Assembly (NCBI RefSeq): GCF_000008625.1
Contig: NC_000918.1
Coordinates: forward strand, 1,410,001-1,442,000
Origin: Aquifex aeolicus VF5
Lineage (GTDB): Bacteria; Aquificota; Aquificia; Aquificales; Aquificaceae
Reading direction: 5' to 3'
DNA length: 32,000 nucleotides
The translations under genes and the position numbers were made by a program. This document shows positions 19,084 to 31,695 of the stretch, piece by piece. The notes below the pieces were generated by a model. That model was not told the origin of the DNA, ran no database searches, and saw only the letters and a program-made list of their open reading frames with translations. Every line of letters starts with the position of its first letter. The stretch's first letter is position 1.

Positions 19084-21501
19084 ATGAGTTTGACTAAGAC
19101 GAAAAGGGTCTCCGACGTTGCAAAGGAGCTTGGGGTAAAATCTAAGGAAATTATAGAATTCCTCAACGAGTATTATCCCAGACCGGACGGAAAGCCCTGG
19201 AAGGCTTCCCACGGTTTAGACGAACAGGCACTTGAGATGATATACGACGCGTTCGGTATAAAGGAAGAAGAAGAAAAAGAAGAAGTGGTAACGGAGCAAG
19301 CCCAAGCTCCCGCAGAAGTAGAGGAAAAGAAGGAAGAGGAGAAAAAGGAAGAAGTTATCGTAGAAGAGGTTGTGGAAGAAAAGAAACCTGAGGTAATCGT
19401 CGAAGAAATAGAGGAAAAGAAAGAAGAAGAAGAGAAAAAAGAGGAGGAAAAACCTAAAAAGAGTGTTGAGGAACTGATAAAGGAAATTCTCGAGAAAAAG
19501 GAAAAAGAAAAGGAAAAGAAAAAGGTAGAAAAAGAAAGAAAAGAAGAAAAGGTAAGGGTAGTAGAGGTGAAGAAAGAGGAGAGGAAAGAAGAAAAGAAGG
19601 AAGAGAAGAAGGAAGAAGAAAAGCCTAAGATAAAGATGTCTAAAAAGGAAAGAGAGATTATGAGAAAACTCGAACACGCTGTAGAAAAGGAGAAGAAGAA
19701 ACAGGAAAAGAGGGAAAAGGAAAAGAAGAAGAAGGAAGAGGAAGTAAAGATAATTTACATACCCGAAGTAATTACTGTGAGAGAACTCGCAGAACTTTTA
19801 GACGTACCTGCGAACAAAGTTATAGCTGAATTAATGAAGAGAGGAGTTCTCGCAACCATAAACCAGCCCGTTCCACCTGAGGTAGCGGTAGAGGTTGCCG
19901 AAAGTTTCGGATACCTTGCAGAAGTAAAGAAGGAAGAAGAAGAACTTGAAGAGGAAGCACTCTTAAAAGAAGAGGAAGAAAGGGAAGAAGAGCTCCAACC
20001 CAGACCTCCAATAGTCGTTGTTATGGGACACGTTGACCACGGAAAGACCACTCTCCTTGACAGAATAAGGAAGACAAACGTCGCGGAAAGGGAAAAGGGC
20101 GGTATAACCCAGCACATAGGTGCTTCACAGGTTGAACTGCCCGACGGCAGGAAGATAACGTTCCTTGATACCCCGGGACACGAAGCATTCACTACGTTAA
20201 GAGCGAGAGGTGCTAAGGTAACGGACATATCGGTTCTCGTGGTTGCGGCGGACGACGGGGTAATGCCCCAAACCATTGAAGCAATAAACCACGCAAAGGC
20301 CTTCAACGTTCCCATAATAGTTGCGGTAAACAAGATAGACAAACCTAACGCGGATCCCATGAAAGTAAGGAGGGAACTCTCGGAGCACGGTCTAATTCCC
20401 GAAGAGTGGGGGGGAGACACCATATTCGTTGACATATCCGCAAAAACGGGACAAAACGTGGATCAGCTCCTTGAGATGATACTACTCCTTGCGGACATAC
20501 TGGAACTAAAGGCAAATCCCAACAAAAAGGCAAGGGGCACAATAATAGAGTCTAAACTGGACAGAAAGAGGGGACCCGTTGCTACCGTTATAGTAGAGGA
20601 CGGAACCCTTAGAGTGGGTGACCACTTCGTTGCAGGTACAACCTACGGAAGAGTACGGGCTATGTTTGACGATAAGGGGAGACAGGTAAAGGAAGCCCCT
20701 CCCTCCACACCCGTAGAGGTACTCGGATTTGAAGAACTTCCTGAAGCGGGTGATGAACTCATAGTGGTGGATGATGAAAGAACTGCCAGGGAAATAGCGG
20801 AAAAGAGAAAGGAAAAGAAAGAGAGGGAAGAAAAGCTACAAACTATCAGGCTTGAAGACATCTACAAAAAGATACAGACAGGTGAAACGAAGGAACTCAG
20901 GATAGTCCTCAAGACAGACACCATGGGGTCCCTCGAAGCACTCAAAAAATCACTTGAAGAACTCTCAAACGAAAAGGTACAGGTAAAGATCATACACGGT
21001 GCGGTGGGCGGTATAACAGAAAACGACATAATGCTCGCCAAAGCGTCTGGTGCCATAGTCATAGGCTTTAACACTAGACCCGATCCCAAGGCAAGGGAAC
21101 TCATGGAAAAAGAGAAGGTAGACGTCAGACTTTACGGAGTCATATACGAGGCTATAGAGGACGTCAAGAAGGCACTCGTTGGTCTGCTTGAACCTATCAA
21201 GAAAGAAGAAGTTATCGGAATGGCTGAGGTTCGTGCTACCTTCAAGATCAAGAAGGTGGGAACCGTTGCGGGTTGCTACGTGCTCAACGGAAAACTCGTC
21301 AGAGGTGCTAAAGCAAGACTGATAAGGGAAGGAGTAGTTATATACGACGGGGAAATAGAAAGCTTAAAGAGGTTCAAGGAAGACGTGCAGGAAGTCACAG
21401 CAGGTTACGAGTGCGGTGTTAAATTAAAGGACTACAACGACGTAAAAGTGGGTGACCAGATAGAATGCTACGAAATAAGGTACGAAAAACCGACACTCTG
21501 A
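19084..21501 (+). CDS. infB: Translation initiation factor IF-2
   Basis: The GTPase motifs are [17 protein letters not shown] and NKID, followed by the C-terminal IF-2 domains. The ATG at 19084 gives [18 protein letters not shown] and 805 aa. The alternatives are the TTG at 19054 used by the ORF track and a TTG at 19090. Confidence 0.93.
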   Translation: MSLTKTKRVSDVAKELGVKSKEIIEFLNEYYPRPDGKPWKASHGLDEQALEMIYDAFGIKEEEEKEEVVTEQAQAPAEVEEKKEEEKKEEVIVEEVVEEKKPEVIVEEIEEKKEEEEKKEEEKPKKSVEELIKEILEKKEKEKEKKKVEKERKEEKVRVVEVKKEERKEEKKEEKKEEEKPKIKMSKKEREIMRKLEHAVEKEKKKQEKREKEKKKKEEEVKIIYIPEVITVRELAELLDVPANKVIAELMKRGVLATINQPVPPEVAVEVAESFGYLAEVKKEEEELEEEALLKEEEEREEELQPRPPIVVVMGHVDHGKTTLLDRIRKTNVAEREKGGITQHIGASQVELPDGRKITFLDTPGHEAFTTLRARGAKVTDISVLVVAADDGVMPQTIEAINHAKAFNVPIIVAVNKIDKPNADPMKVRRELSEHGLIPEEWGGDTIFVDISAKTGQNVDQLLEMILLLADILELKANPNKKARGTIIESKLDRKRGPVATVIVEDGTLRVGDHFVAGTTYGRVRAMFDDKGRQVKEAPPSTPVEVLGFEELPEAGDELIVVDDERTAREIAEKRKEKKEREEKLQTIRLEDIYKKIQTGETKELRIVLKTDTMGSLEALKKSLEELSNEKVQVKIIHGAVGGITENDIMLAKASGAIVIGFNTRPDPKARELMEKEKVDVRLYGVIYEAIEDVKKALVGLLEPIKKEEVIGMAEVRATFKIKKVGTVAGCYVLNGKLVRGAKARLIREGVVIYDGEIESLKRFKEDVQEVTAGYECGVKLKDYNDVKVGDQIECYEIRYEKPTL
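19258..19746 (+). repeat. Low-complexity purine-rich (GAA/AAG) tract encoding the hypercharged K/E-rich linker of IF-2
   Basis: About 160 codons are dominated by E and K ([32 protein letters not shown]). The tract creates the spurious F/L-rich antisense ORF at 19216-19677. Confidence 0.7.
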
Positions 21502-22120
21502 TAGCCCTCAACGAAGTATACGAAAGCATTCAGGGGGAAGGTCTACTTGTGGGCCTTCCCTCCGTCTTTATAAGACTTCAGGGGTGTAATTTACGCTGTC
21601 CTTGGTGCGACCAGCCAGAAGCTTTGAGCTTTTCAGGTAGGAAAGTAAAACTGAGTTCTTTGATAAATGAATTAAAGAAGTTCACAGCCAAACACATAGT
21701 TATAACTGGTGGTGAGCCTTTCGCTCATAGAGAACTCCCTTTCATAGTGGAATTCCTCCTTTCGGAAGGTTACTCAGTTCAAATAGAGACCAACGGAACA
21801 CTCTGGGTGGAGGAGATGGAAAAGTTTGCAGAGGGTATTCACATAACCTGCTCTCCTAAAGGGGTTGCAAAGTACTACGTGCATCCCAAGATCTTAAAGT
21901 ACGCAAAGGAATTGAAGTTCGTTGTTGACAAAGAGTTTTCCAAAGAAGTCCTTAAAAAAGAAGAGTTTGAAAGATTTTTAAGGGAAGGAAAAGTGGTTCT
22001 TCAGCCCGAGAGCAACAGAAAGGAGATGATGGAGAAGGCTCTAAAAATTCAAAAAGAGCTTTTAAAGGAATGCTACACAGTGAGGGTAATCCCTCAGGTT
22101 CACAAGTGTTTTGACCTGAA

Positions 22121-22124
<4 letters not shown>
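21465..22124 (+). CDS. queE: 7-carboxy-7-deazaguanine synthase (radical SAM, queuosine pathway)
   Basis: 219 aa. [28 protein letters not shown] is the QueE signature with the radical SAM cluster. It overlaps the infB 3' end by 37 nt. Confidence 0.85.
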
Positions 22125-24204
<2,080 letters not shown>

Positions 24205-24217
24205 CTATAAACCTCCT

Positions 24218-25093
24218 TTATTGTGCTTTAAGAGCTTCAACAGCGTTGGTTATATCTATAAGTTCGGTTGTAATAGCTTCCTGCCTTGCCTTGTTGAACA
24301 CGAGGGTCCACTGCCTTATTAGGTCCTCTGCGTTCTTGGTTGCGTTGTCCATCGCTATCATCCTCGCGAAGTGCTCCGCCGCGTTGGACTCAACCATAGC
24401 CCTGTATACCTGGTAGTTAAGGTACAGGTTTACTATGTAGTCAAAGAACTCCTCTTCTGAGACTTCAAACTCGTAAGTTCCAAGCTCTTCCACTTCTTTT
24501 TCTTGGGCTTCAAAAGGCAGGAAGACCCTTACCTGAGGTTTGTAGCTCGCCCTCGTGACCATCTCGTTGTTTATCAAGTAAACCCTATCGGTTTCTCCGT
24601 TTAAGAACCTCTCCTTTACTATTTCTGCCACCTCTTTAGCCACATTGAAGTTTACGGTCTTTCTAAAAACTTCATCGTATCCCTTTATTACGTTGTATCC
24701 CCTCTTCGTAAAGTACTGAAAGCCCTTTCTCCCCACAAGTATAAGGCTAACCTTAACACCCTTTTCTTCCTTCTCCCTTATTAAATTTTCCGCTGTTCTG
24801 ATTACGTTTGAATTGAAAGCTCCCGCGAGACCCCTGTCTGCGGTAACGAGGATAACGTCAACGTTTCTTTCTTCCCTCACGTCAAAGAGGGGATTATCTT
24901 CCGTGTCCACATGGGCAGCGAGATGTCCTACGAGTTCGTAGAGTTTCTCCGAGTAGGGACGGGAAGCGTAAACGAGTTCCTGAGCTTTCCTGAGTTTTGC
25001 GGCGGAAACGACTTTCATCGCGTTCGTTATTCTCTTCGTGTTCTTTATTCCCTGTATCTTTCTCTTTATGTCCCTGGGAGAAAGTTTCGCCAT
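24218..25093 (-). CDS. atpG: F1 ATP synthase gamma subunit
   Basis: 291 aa with N-terminal IKRKIQGIKNTKRITNAMKVVSAAKLRKAQ and C-terminal ITTELIDITNAVEAL. It lies 13 nt upstream of atpD. Confidence 0.95.
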   Translation of the reverse strand: MAKLSPRDIKRKIQGIKNTKRITNAMKVVSAAKLRKAQELVYASRPYSEKLYELVGHLAAHVDTEDNPLFDVREERNVDVILVTADRGLAGAFNSNVIRTAENLIREKEEKGVKVSLILVGRKGFQYFTKRGYNVIKGYDEVFRKTVNFNVAKEVAEIVKERFLNGETDRVYLINNEMVTRASYKPQVRVFLPFEAQEKEVEELGTYEFEVSEEEFFDYIVNLYLNYQVYRAMVESNAAEHFARMIAMDNATKNAEDLIRQWTLVFNKARQEAITTELIDITNAVEALKAQ

Positions 25094-25163
25094 AACGCTA
25101 CTTATTATAAACTAATGTCTAAAGGAAGTAGTATAATTTAAACCTTCGCAAAGGAGGTAAAGG

Positions 25164-25613
25164 ATGAAGGTAGTTCTCGTAAAGGACGTAGAAGGACTGG
25201 GATTTTTCGGAGACGTGGTTAACGTAAAAGACGGGTACGCCATGAATTACCTCATTCCCAGAGGTTTAGCCCTCCCGGCAACTGAAGGAAACATAAAGCA
25301 CATACAAACAATCCTCGCTCAAAAGGAAAGGAAACTGCTGAGAGAAAAGAAGAAGGCTGAAGAACTCGCTAAGAAGCTCGAAGGTATGGTGATAGGAATT
25401 AAGAAACCCGCCGGAGAAGGCGGAAAGCTTTTCGGTTCAGTTACACCCGCGGATATAGTAAACGCACTAAAAGAAAAGGGAATAGAGATAGAGAGGAAGA
25501 ACGTGGTCTTCTACCACCCCATTAAAGAAGTGGGAGTTTTTCCAGTAAAGATAAGGCTTCACAAGGACGTTGAGGTGGACATTAAGGTTGACGTAAAACC
25601 TGAGGAGAAGTAA
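25164..25613 (+). CDS. rplI: 50S ribosomal protein L9
   Basis: 149 aa starting MKVVLVKDVEGLGFFGDVVNVKDGYAMNYLIPRGLA. An AAGGAGG Shine-Dalgarno and a TATAAT -10-like element lie upstream. Confidence 0.95.
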   Translation: MKVVLVKDVEGLGFFGDVVNVKDGYAMNYLIPRGLALPATEGNIKHIQTILAQKERKLLREKKKAEELAKKLEGMVIGIKKPAGEGGKLFGSVTPADIVNALKEKGIEIERKNVVFYHPIKEVGVFPVKIRLHKDVEVDIKVDVKPEEK

Positions 25614-25622
25614 ATTCCTGTT

Positions 25623-26561
25623 ATGCGAGAAGTAAGTTTAAATGAAAAAGAGTTTCACTTAAATAAGGACTTATTTTTCCTGCTCGGTGGAGTCCTCCTC
25701 TCCGTTTTAGCTGGATTCTTTCTCCCCTTTGAAAACCTCTTCTGGTACAAATCCGCCTTTCTGGGATACATACTCTCTTCTGTGGTTTACGTAGCCTACC
25801 TTCTGGTACGTGAAAGGATAGTTGGCGTAGTAGCAACGCTGACGCTTTACCTTTCCCTGCTCCTCAACTTAACGGGAATGATAAGGAGGGCTTACGAGAG
25901 TTATAAGCTCGGCGTTTTCCACCCGCCTTGGAGTAATTTGTTTGAAGCACTAACCTTCTGGAGTTTTATAGCCGGATTTGTTTACCTTGTTATTGAAAGG
26001 AAGTACGGATTTAAGATACTCGGAGCTTTTGTAATTCCCGTAATTGCAGCAATTTCTGGTTTCGCCATATACAAGGCAAATCCTGAAATAACACCCTTGA
26101 TGCCCGCCCTTAGGAGTTACTGGCTTTACCTTCACGTGGTAACAGCCTTTACGGGATACGCGGGTTTTACAGTTGCATTCGGTGGAGCGGTGGCTTACTT
26201 GCTCAAAGAGCACTTCCCGGAGAATAAATTCGTAAAAAACCTCCTTCCGAGAAGGGAAATCCTCGACGAGATAACTTACAAATCGATCGCCATCGTTTTT
26301 CCGATATGGACCGCCTCAATAATCCTGGGTGCTGCGTGGGCAAATGAGGCGTGGGGCGGTTACTGGAGCTGGGACCCTAAGGAAGTATGGTCCTTAATAG
26401 TCTGGCTATTCTTCGGAGCGTATCTGCATGCAAGACAGCTTATGGGCTGGAAAGGGAAGAGAGTTGCTTGGCTTGTGGTTTTCGGGTTTATTACAGTTCT
26501 TATATGCTTCTTCGCGGTAAACCTCTACTTCCCGGGACTTCACTCTTACGCTACCGAGTGA
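25623..26561 (+). CDS. ccsA: Cytochrome c biogenesis protein CcsA/ResC (System II heme handling)
   Basis: 312 aa polytopic membrane protein containing the W-rich heme-binding motif WANEAWGGYWSWDPKEVWS. Confidence 0.85.
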   Translation: MREVSLNEKEFHLNKDLFFLLGGVLLSVLAGFFLPFENLFWYKSAFLGYILSSVVYVAYLLVRERIVGVVATLTLYLSLLLNLTGMIRRAYESYKLGVFHPPWSNLFEALTFWSFIAGFVYLVIERKYGFKILGAFVIPVIAAISGFAIYKANPEITPLMPALRSYWLYLHVVTAFTGYAGFTVAFGGAVAYLLKEHFPENKFVKNLLPRREILDEITYKSIAIVFPIWTASIILGAAWANEAWGGYWSWDPKEVWSLIVWLFFGAYLHARQLMGWKGKRVAWLVVFGFITVLICFFAVNLYFPGLHSYATE

Positions 26562-27729
26562 AGTTCTCCACTCTTTCTTTCGCTATTTTTACCGCCTCCC
26601 TCATTTTATCTTCCGTTGTGTTTATGGTTTTCGCCACGTTCCTGAGTATCCTTTCGTTGTCGTGGTGATTTTCTAAAAGTTCCACTAAGGAAAGAAGGAG
26701 TCCGAACTCGTTGTACCTCTTCTCAAGTGCTTCTACAACCTCAGAACTCATCCCGAGTTCCCTTGCCAGTGAGGCAGGCTCTTCGTTCATAAGCTCGTTA
26801 ACTAAGGAAAACAGTCCTATCATGTACCCTTCCTTTGCGTATTCGGGAATGTAAATTTTTGCGAGTTCCTGAGCAAGAACTGCCCTGAAGAAAGAACGCT
26901 TTATTATCTCCTCTTCGTATTTACCCGCAAAGAGTTCCGACATCGCTATAACGAGGAGTAGGTTGGCTATGTTGTTTATGCTCAAGAAAAGCACCGCATC
27001 GCTGACGCTTTGTATGTCCTTGCTCTTTCCCGGGTATAGGTTTTTAACCCACTTCAGGATTTTATAGGTAAGCCCCACGTCCGACTCTATTAAGTTAACT
27101 ATCTGGTTTACGTCCTTTTTCTCTATGGCATCGTATAGTTTAATTATCGTGGTCTTTAAGAACCTTAGGTTTCTTCCGTTCTTTACGACACTCGGGGGAA
27201 AGAGATTTCCTTGAAAGAGGTCTCCGAGCTTTTTAGCCTCTTCAAAGTCTTCCTCCGTGTTTACTCCGTAGATTATTACCTTTTTGTTTATGTACTTAAG
27301 GGCGTCGACTTCGTCTTCAAAGTCTTTTCCTTCAAAAGAACGCCTCTTCCAGTTGACGCTCACGTAGTCTGAAAGGGGTAAGAGGGGAAGTACGGATACT
27401 TTGTCAAATCTGAAATCGGAGATCAGGAGTTCGTATCCTTTTGCCTTCAGATCTTTCAAGGCGTTAACGAGTTTTTCGTTTACTTCCTTTACATCCCTCA
27501 GCTTTATAACTACCTTTGAAGGGGGAAAGAGTTCGTAGGCGTCACTTTCTATGAACTCTTCGGAAAACTCAATCACGCACTTTTTGCCGTCTATTTCCTG
27601 AATTACATTCTCTTCTATTAAAATGTTCATAACTTTAGCGGGATTGTCTGCATTCTCTCTCAGTTTGAATTCGAACCCGAACAGCTCCTTTCTCCCGTCC
27701 AATATTGGGTGTCTGTAAAGGAGATCCAT
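26551..27729 (-). CDS. Signal-transduction protein with an EAL-like N-terminal domain and an HDOD domain (COG3434-type)
   Basis: 392 aa. MDLLYRHPILDGRKELFGFEFKLR and LFQGNLFPPS resemble degenerate EAL ends. The C-terminal half (ESDVGLTYKILKWVKN...IQSVSDAVLFLSINNIANLLL) is HDOD-like. Confidence 0.7.
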   Translation of the reverse strand: MDLLYRHPILDGRKELFGFEFKLRENADNPAKVMNILIEENVIQEIDGKKCVIEFSEEFIESDAYELFPPSKVVIKLRDVKEVNEKLVNALKDLKAKGYELLISDFRFDKVSVLPLLPLSDYVSVNWKRRSFEGKDFEDEVDALKYINKKVIIYGVNTEEDFEEAKKLGDLFQGNLFPPSVVKNGRNLRFLKTTIIKLYDAIEKKDVNQIVNLIESDVGLTYKILKWVKNLYPGKSKDIQSVSDAVLFLSINNIANLLLVIAMSELFAGKYEEEIIKRSFFRAVLAQELAKIYIPEYAKEGYMIGLFSLVNELMNEEPASLARELGMSSEVVEALEKRYNEFGLLLSLVELLENHHDNERILRNVAKTINTTEDKMREAVKIAKERVENFTR

Positions 27730-27733
27730 TCAT

Positions 27734-28966
27734 TTAAAATATAAATTCCTGTTTTATTTTCTGTGAATATTTTTTAACCTCACCGATCAGGTAAATGGAG
27801 CCGATAATTAGCATGTCTTCTTCTAAGTTTAGTAATTCTTCTATCGTAAACACTTTCGTTTTAAATCCCATTTCTTTTGCGAATTTTTCTAAATTCTTTA
27901 CATCTTCTGCCCTGTAGTAATCTATCGGAAGGAGGTAAATTTCCTCCGTTAGATTTCTCAAGAGTGTCAAAGTCAATTCCCATTCTTTTCCTTTAAGGGA
28001 AGAGTAGGCCACCTTTACTTCGGGAAAGTGTTTTTTCACGGTCTTTACCACCTTTACAACGGAGTAAGGGTTGTGGGATGCATCCACCATTAAAAGTGGT
28101 TTTTCCCTCAGCACTTCCATCCTGCCTTCCCAAACCGTATTTTTCAGGGCTTGATTGACCTTTTCGGGGCTGAGCTTAGTAAACTCCGAAGAGAGTGTGA
28201 TGGCAAGTGAAGCGTTGTCTATTTGCCACTTTCCCCAAAGGGAAAGCTGAGCACCTTCAAGACTGAAGTTTTCACTCTCGTACTTTTCAAGAACAGTTCT
28301 TTCTCTTTCAACTTTTCCCCAATACTCGTAATCAATTCCGGCAACTTTAAGATTCTTTAAGCCGAGTTCAAGAGCCCTTGTGTATAAGGGATATCTAGCA
28401 CTTCCCAGAATTAAGGGTTTCCCTTCCTCGTAAAGTCCGAGCTTTTCCTCCGCTATTTTTTCCACCGTGTCTCCGAGCCACCTTGTGTGGTCTCTCTCCA
28501 CGTTCGTTATTCCTCTCACCCCGGCTTCGGAGACTTTTGTAGCGTCCCACCTTCCTCCCATTCCCACTTCAAAAACAGCAACGTTAATTCCTTGGTCCTC
28601 AAAGTACTTTACCGCTATCAGGGTCGCAGCCTCAAAGTATGTGAGGGAAAACTTTTCAAAAACTTTTTTCAGGTCCTTGACGTAATCTTTTAAGACTTCT
28701 TCCTGTATTGGCTTTCCGTTTATCCTCCATCTCTCGTTTTCGGATATCAGGTGAGGGGAGACGAACCAGCCCGTTTTAAAGCCGTGTTCTCTTAAAATTC
28801 TCTCGGTAAAGGCACAGGTAGAGCCCTTTCCGTTTGTTCCCCCTACCAGAATTGAAGGGTAATTTTTCTGGGGATTTCCTATATACTCGCAAGCCTTTTT
28901 TATCCTCTCAAGCGTTGGTTTTACGTCAAAGTCCTTTTCTTTGTATAGTTCCCACAAAATTCCCAT
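27734..28966 (-). CDS. folC: Folylpolyglutamate synthase / dihydrofolate synthase
   Basis: 410 aa with the P-loop VGGTNGKGST, SPHL..ENERW and Mur-ligase-like architecture. Confidence 0.9.
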   Translation of the reverse strand: MGILWELYKEKDFDVKPTLERIKKACEYIGNPQKNYPSILVGGTNGKGSTCAFTERILREHGFKTGWFVSPHLISENERWRINGKPIQEEVLKDYVKDLKKVFEKFSLTYFEAATLIAVKYFEDQGINVAVFEVGMGGRWDATKVSEAGVRGITNVERDHTRWLGDTVEKIAEEKLGLYEEGKPLILGSARYPLYTRALELGLKNLKVAGIDYEYWGKVERERTVLEKYESENFSLEGAQLSLWGKWQIDNASLAITLSSEFTKLSPEKVNQALKNTVWEGRMEVLREKPLLMVDASHNPYSVVKVVKTVKKHFPEVKVAYSSLKGKEWELTLTLLRNLTEEIYLLPIDYYRAEDVKNLEKFAKEMGFKTKVFTIEELLNLEEDMLIIGSIYLIGEVKKYSQKIKQEFIF

Positions 28967-28995
28967 GGCGAATAGAGTTTATAATTTAAAGCATA

Positions 28996-31113
28996 ATGGA
29001 CAAAGAAAAACTAGAAAAAGAAGTAATAAAACTCCTGTCAAAGAAGAAAAAACCCCTTCACTTCCTACAGATAGCTAAAGCCCTTGGGCTCGGGAAGAAG
29101 GAGAGGAAGACCTTAAAAAAGGTAATGAGAAAGCTCAAGAAGGAGGGTAAAGTAAAGGTTGTAAAGGGTAAGTACGAGTACACGGGGGAAGAGGTGGTCA
29201 CAGGAACCGTTATAGCCTACCCTGGAGGATTCGGATTTCTGGAAGTGGAGGGAGGAAAGGATATATACATACCTCCCTTTGAAATGGTAAAAGTTTTTCA
29301 CGGAGATGTCGTAAAAGCAAAAGTAACCGAGTTTAAAGGAAAAAAGGAAGTAAGGATAATAAAGGTCCTAAAGAGGGCTAAGAAAGACATAGTGGCGAAG
29401 GTTGTTTTTGAAGACGAGCAGTGCTACGTTGTACCCTTAGACGAAAACGCCCACCACCGTATCCTACTCTCAAAAAAGGACTGCCAAAAATTAAAGGAAG
29501 GTGAAGTAGTTGTCCTTAAGATAACCCAGTTTCCCACGAAGAAATCGCCCGCGAGGGGGAAAGTTATAGAAGTTCTCGGAAATCCGAAGGAGAAGTTCAT
29601 AGCGATAGACGTAATCATAAGGAAGTACAACCTACCCACATCCTACCCTGAGAAAGTTATTAAGGAAGTTGAGGCAATTCCGGAAGAGATTCCCGAGGAA
29701 GAAATAAAGAGGAGAAGAGATTTAAGGGAGCAGTTGTGCTTTACTATAGACCCCGAGAAGGCAGGGGATTTTGACGACGCTGTGGCGATAGAGCTCACAC
29801 CCGAAGGCTACTATAAACTTTACGTCCACATAGCGGATGTGAGTTATTACGTAAGGGAAGGAACGGAAACGGATAAGGAAGCCTACAAAAGAGGTTTTAC
29901 GTACTATTTTCCCGACAGGGCTCTCCACATGCTTCCTGAAAAACTCTCCGCAAAACTCTGCAGTCTCAGACCCAACGAAGACAAGCTCGCCTTTACCGTT
30001 GAGATGGTATTTGACGAGAGCGGAAACCTGAAGGCTTACGACATTTACGAGAGCGTTATAAGGAGCAAGGCACGCCTCACTTACAACGAAGCCCTTGCCC
30101 TTATAGTGGGAGATCCAGCCCTTGAGAAGAAGTTCCCCAACCTCGTAGAGCCTCTAAGGATGATGGAGACCCTTTACAGGATTTTGAGCAGGAAAAGGTG
30201 GGAGATGGGGAGTATAGACTTTGACCTCCCCGAGGCGGAGGTTATCGTTGATGAATACGGTGAGCCCACCGCTATATACCCCTACGAGAGGCACGTAGCC
30301 CACAGGATAATTGAACACTTTATGATATCTGCAAACGAGACGGTAGCCCTGCACCTTGAACACGCAGGATACCCTTGCCTTTACCGTGTTCACGAACCGC
30401 CAGACGAAGAAAAGGTAGAAAACCTCTTGGAAATCCTCGAAGGACTCGGATATAAAGTGAAGCGTCCACACGAGTACACTCCCAAGTTCTTCCAGAAGAT
30501 AATAGAGGACTTTGAAGGAAGACCAGAAGAAAACCTTGTCAGGTTTCTCACCTTAAGAGCTATGGCGAGGGCAAAGTACAGCCCTCACAACGTGGGACAC
30601 TTCGGACTTGCCCTTGAACACTACGCCCACTTTACCTCTCCCATCAGGCGTTATCCAGACATAATAGTCCACAGACTCCTCAAGAAAGCCCTGAGAGGTG
30701 AGGAGATAGACTACGAGAAGACCTTGGCCTACCTCGAAGAGGCGGGAAACCACCTTTCCAAGCAGGAGAGGATAGCGGACGAGGCGGAAATGGAAGCGAT
30801 AGATTACCTCAAGGCGAGGTACATGAAGGGAAGGATAGGTGAAGAGTTCATCGGAATTATCACGGGAGTTGTTGCCTTCGGATTTTTCGTTGAACTTGAG
30901 GAGAATCTTGTTGAGGGACTCGTGAAGATAAACACGCTCACGGACGATGAGTACGTATTTGACGAACCCGCTCACAGATTAGTTGGTGTGAGGACGGGAA
31001 AAGTTTTCAGACTCGGCGACCACGTGAAAGTAAGGTGCATAGCGGTGGACGAGGAAAGGGCAAGGGTGGAGTTTGAACTGATAGAAAAGCTTGAAAAACA
31101 CGAAACCTTATGA
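28996..31113 (+). CDS. rnr: Ribonuclease R (RNB-family 3'-5' exoribonuclease)
   Basis: 705 aa. It has cold-shock-like N-terminal domains, the RNB motifs (TIDPEKAGDFDDAV, YFPDRALHMLPE, HFGLALEHYAHFTSPIRRYPD) and a C-terminal S1 domain. Confidence 0.95.
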   Translation: MDKEKLEKEVIKLLSKKKKPLHFLQIAKALGLGKKERKTLKKVMRKLKKEGKVKVVKGKYEYTGEEVVTGTVIAYPGGFGFLEVEGGKDIYIPPFEMVKVFHGDVVKAKVTEFKGKKEVRIIKVLKRAKKDIVAKVVFEDEQCYVVPLDENAHHRILLSKKDCQKLKEGEVVVLKITQFPTKKSPARGKVIEVLGNPKEKFIAIDVIIRKYNLPTSYPEKVIKEVEAIPEEIPEEEIKRRRDLREQLCFTIDPEKAGDFDDAVAIELTPEGYYKLYVHIADVSYYVREGTETDKEAYKRGFTYYFPDRALHMLPEKLSAKLCSLRPNEDKLAFTVEMVFDESGNLKAYDIYESVIRSKARLTYNEALALIVGDPALEKKFPNLVEPLRMMETLYRILSRKRWEMGSIDFDLPEAEVIVDEYGEPTAIYPYERHVAHRIIEHFMISANETVALHLEHAGYPCLYRVHEPPDEEKVENLLEILEGLGYKVKRPHEYTPKFFQKIIEDFEGRPEENLVRFLTLRAMARAKYSPHNVGHFGLALEHYAHFTSPIRRYPDIIVHRLLKKALRGEEIDYEKTLAYLEEAGNHLSKQERIADEAEMEAIDYLKARYMKGRIGEEFIGIITGVVAFGFFVELEENLVEGLVKINTLTDDEYVFDEPAHRLVGVRTGKVFRLGDHVKVRCIAVDEERARVEFELIEKLEKHETL

Positions 31114-31128
31114 AAATTTTATAAATAA

Positions 31129-31695
31129 ATGTCTAAGGATAAGGAGAGGAGAAGGAAAATACTCCAGCTTTTGAAGGAAAGGGAAAGGACTCCTAAGGAA
31201 CTTGCCACCGTATTCAACGTATCCCTGATGACGATTTACAGGGATATAAAGGAGCTTGAAAAGGAAGGTCTCGTTGAGAGAAAACACGGAACCGTTTATC
31301 TGAAAAGGGAAACGGAGGACGGCAAGTGTGTTATATGTTCAAAGGAAGTGGACGAGAGGTTCAAGGTCGTCTTCTTTTTAAAAGAGGATAAAAAAGTCTT
31401 TGCATGCTGTCCTCACTGTGGATTGATGGCTTTTAAAAAGCTCGGCCCAAATATACAGTCCGCTCTGATGAGGGACTTTATAAGCTGTAATCCCGTTAAC
31501 GCCTTTACGAGCTGGTACGTGGTTGGAGCGGACATAAACCCTTGTTGCAGTCCTTCCGCCTTTTCCTTCAGTGCAAAGTACAACGCAGAACGTTTCGCCC
31601 AAGGGTTCGGAGGAAAGGTTTTGAACTTTGAAGACGCTGTTGAGGAAATAAACAGACTCATGAGCTTTGGAACGAGAGTAAAATTTAACTTATAA
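31129..31695 (+). CDS. DeoR-type HTH regulator fused to a TRASH zinc/metal-binding motif and a NosL-like C-terminal domain
   Basis: 188 aa. The N-terminal ILQLLKERERTPKELATVFNVSLMTIYRDIKELEKEGLV is a DeoR-like wHTH. C67-x2-C70-x22-C93-x3-C97 fits the TRASH consensus C-X2-C-X19-22-C-X3-C (nt 31327-31419). The C-terminus WYVVGADINPCCSPSAFSFS..AERFAQGFGGKVLNFEDA resembles NosL-like proteins. Confidence 0.7.
   Translation: MSKDKERRRKILQLLKERERTPKELATVFNVSLMTIYRDIKELEKEGLVERKHGTVYLKRETEDGKCVICSKEVDERFKVVFFLKEDKKVFACCPHCGLMAFKKLGPNIQSALMRDFISCNPVNAFTSWYVVGADINPCCSPSAFSFSAKYNAERFAQGFGGKVLNFEDAVEEINRLMSFGTRVKFNL

Noticed and set aside
19216-20435. Long minus-strand ORFs antisense to infB (153 aa F/L-rich, and 226 aa)
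   Set aside because: They mirror the purine-rich K/E tract and the GTPase domain of IF-2. Their composition is low-complexity or unprotein-like, and the plus-strand gene is unambiguous.
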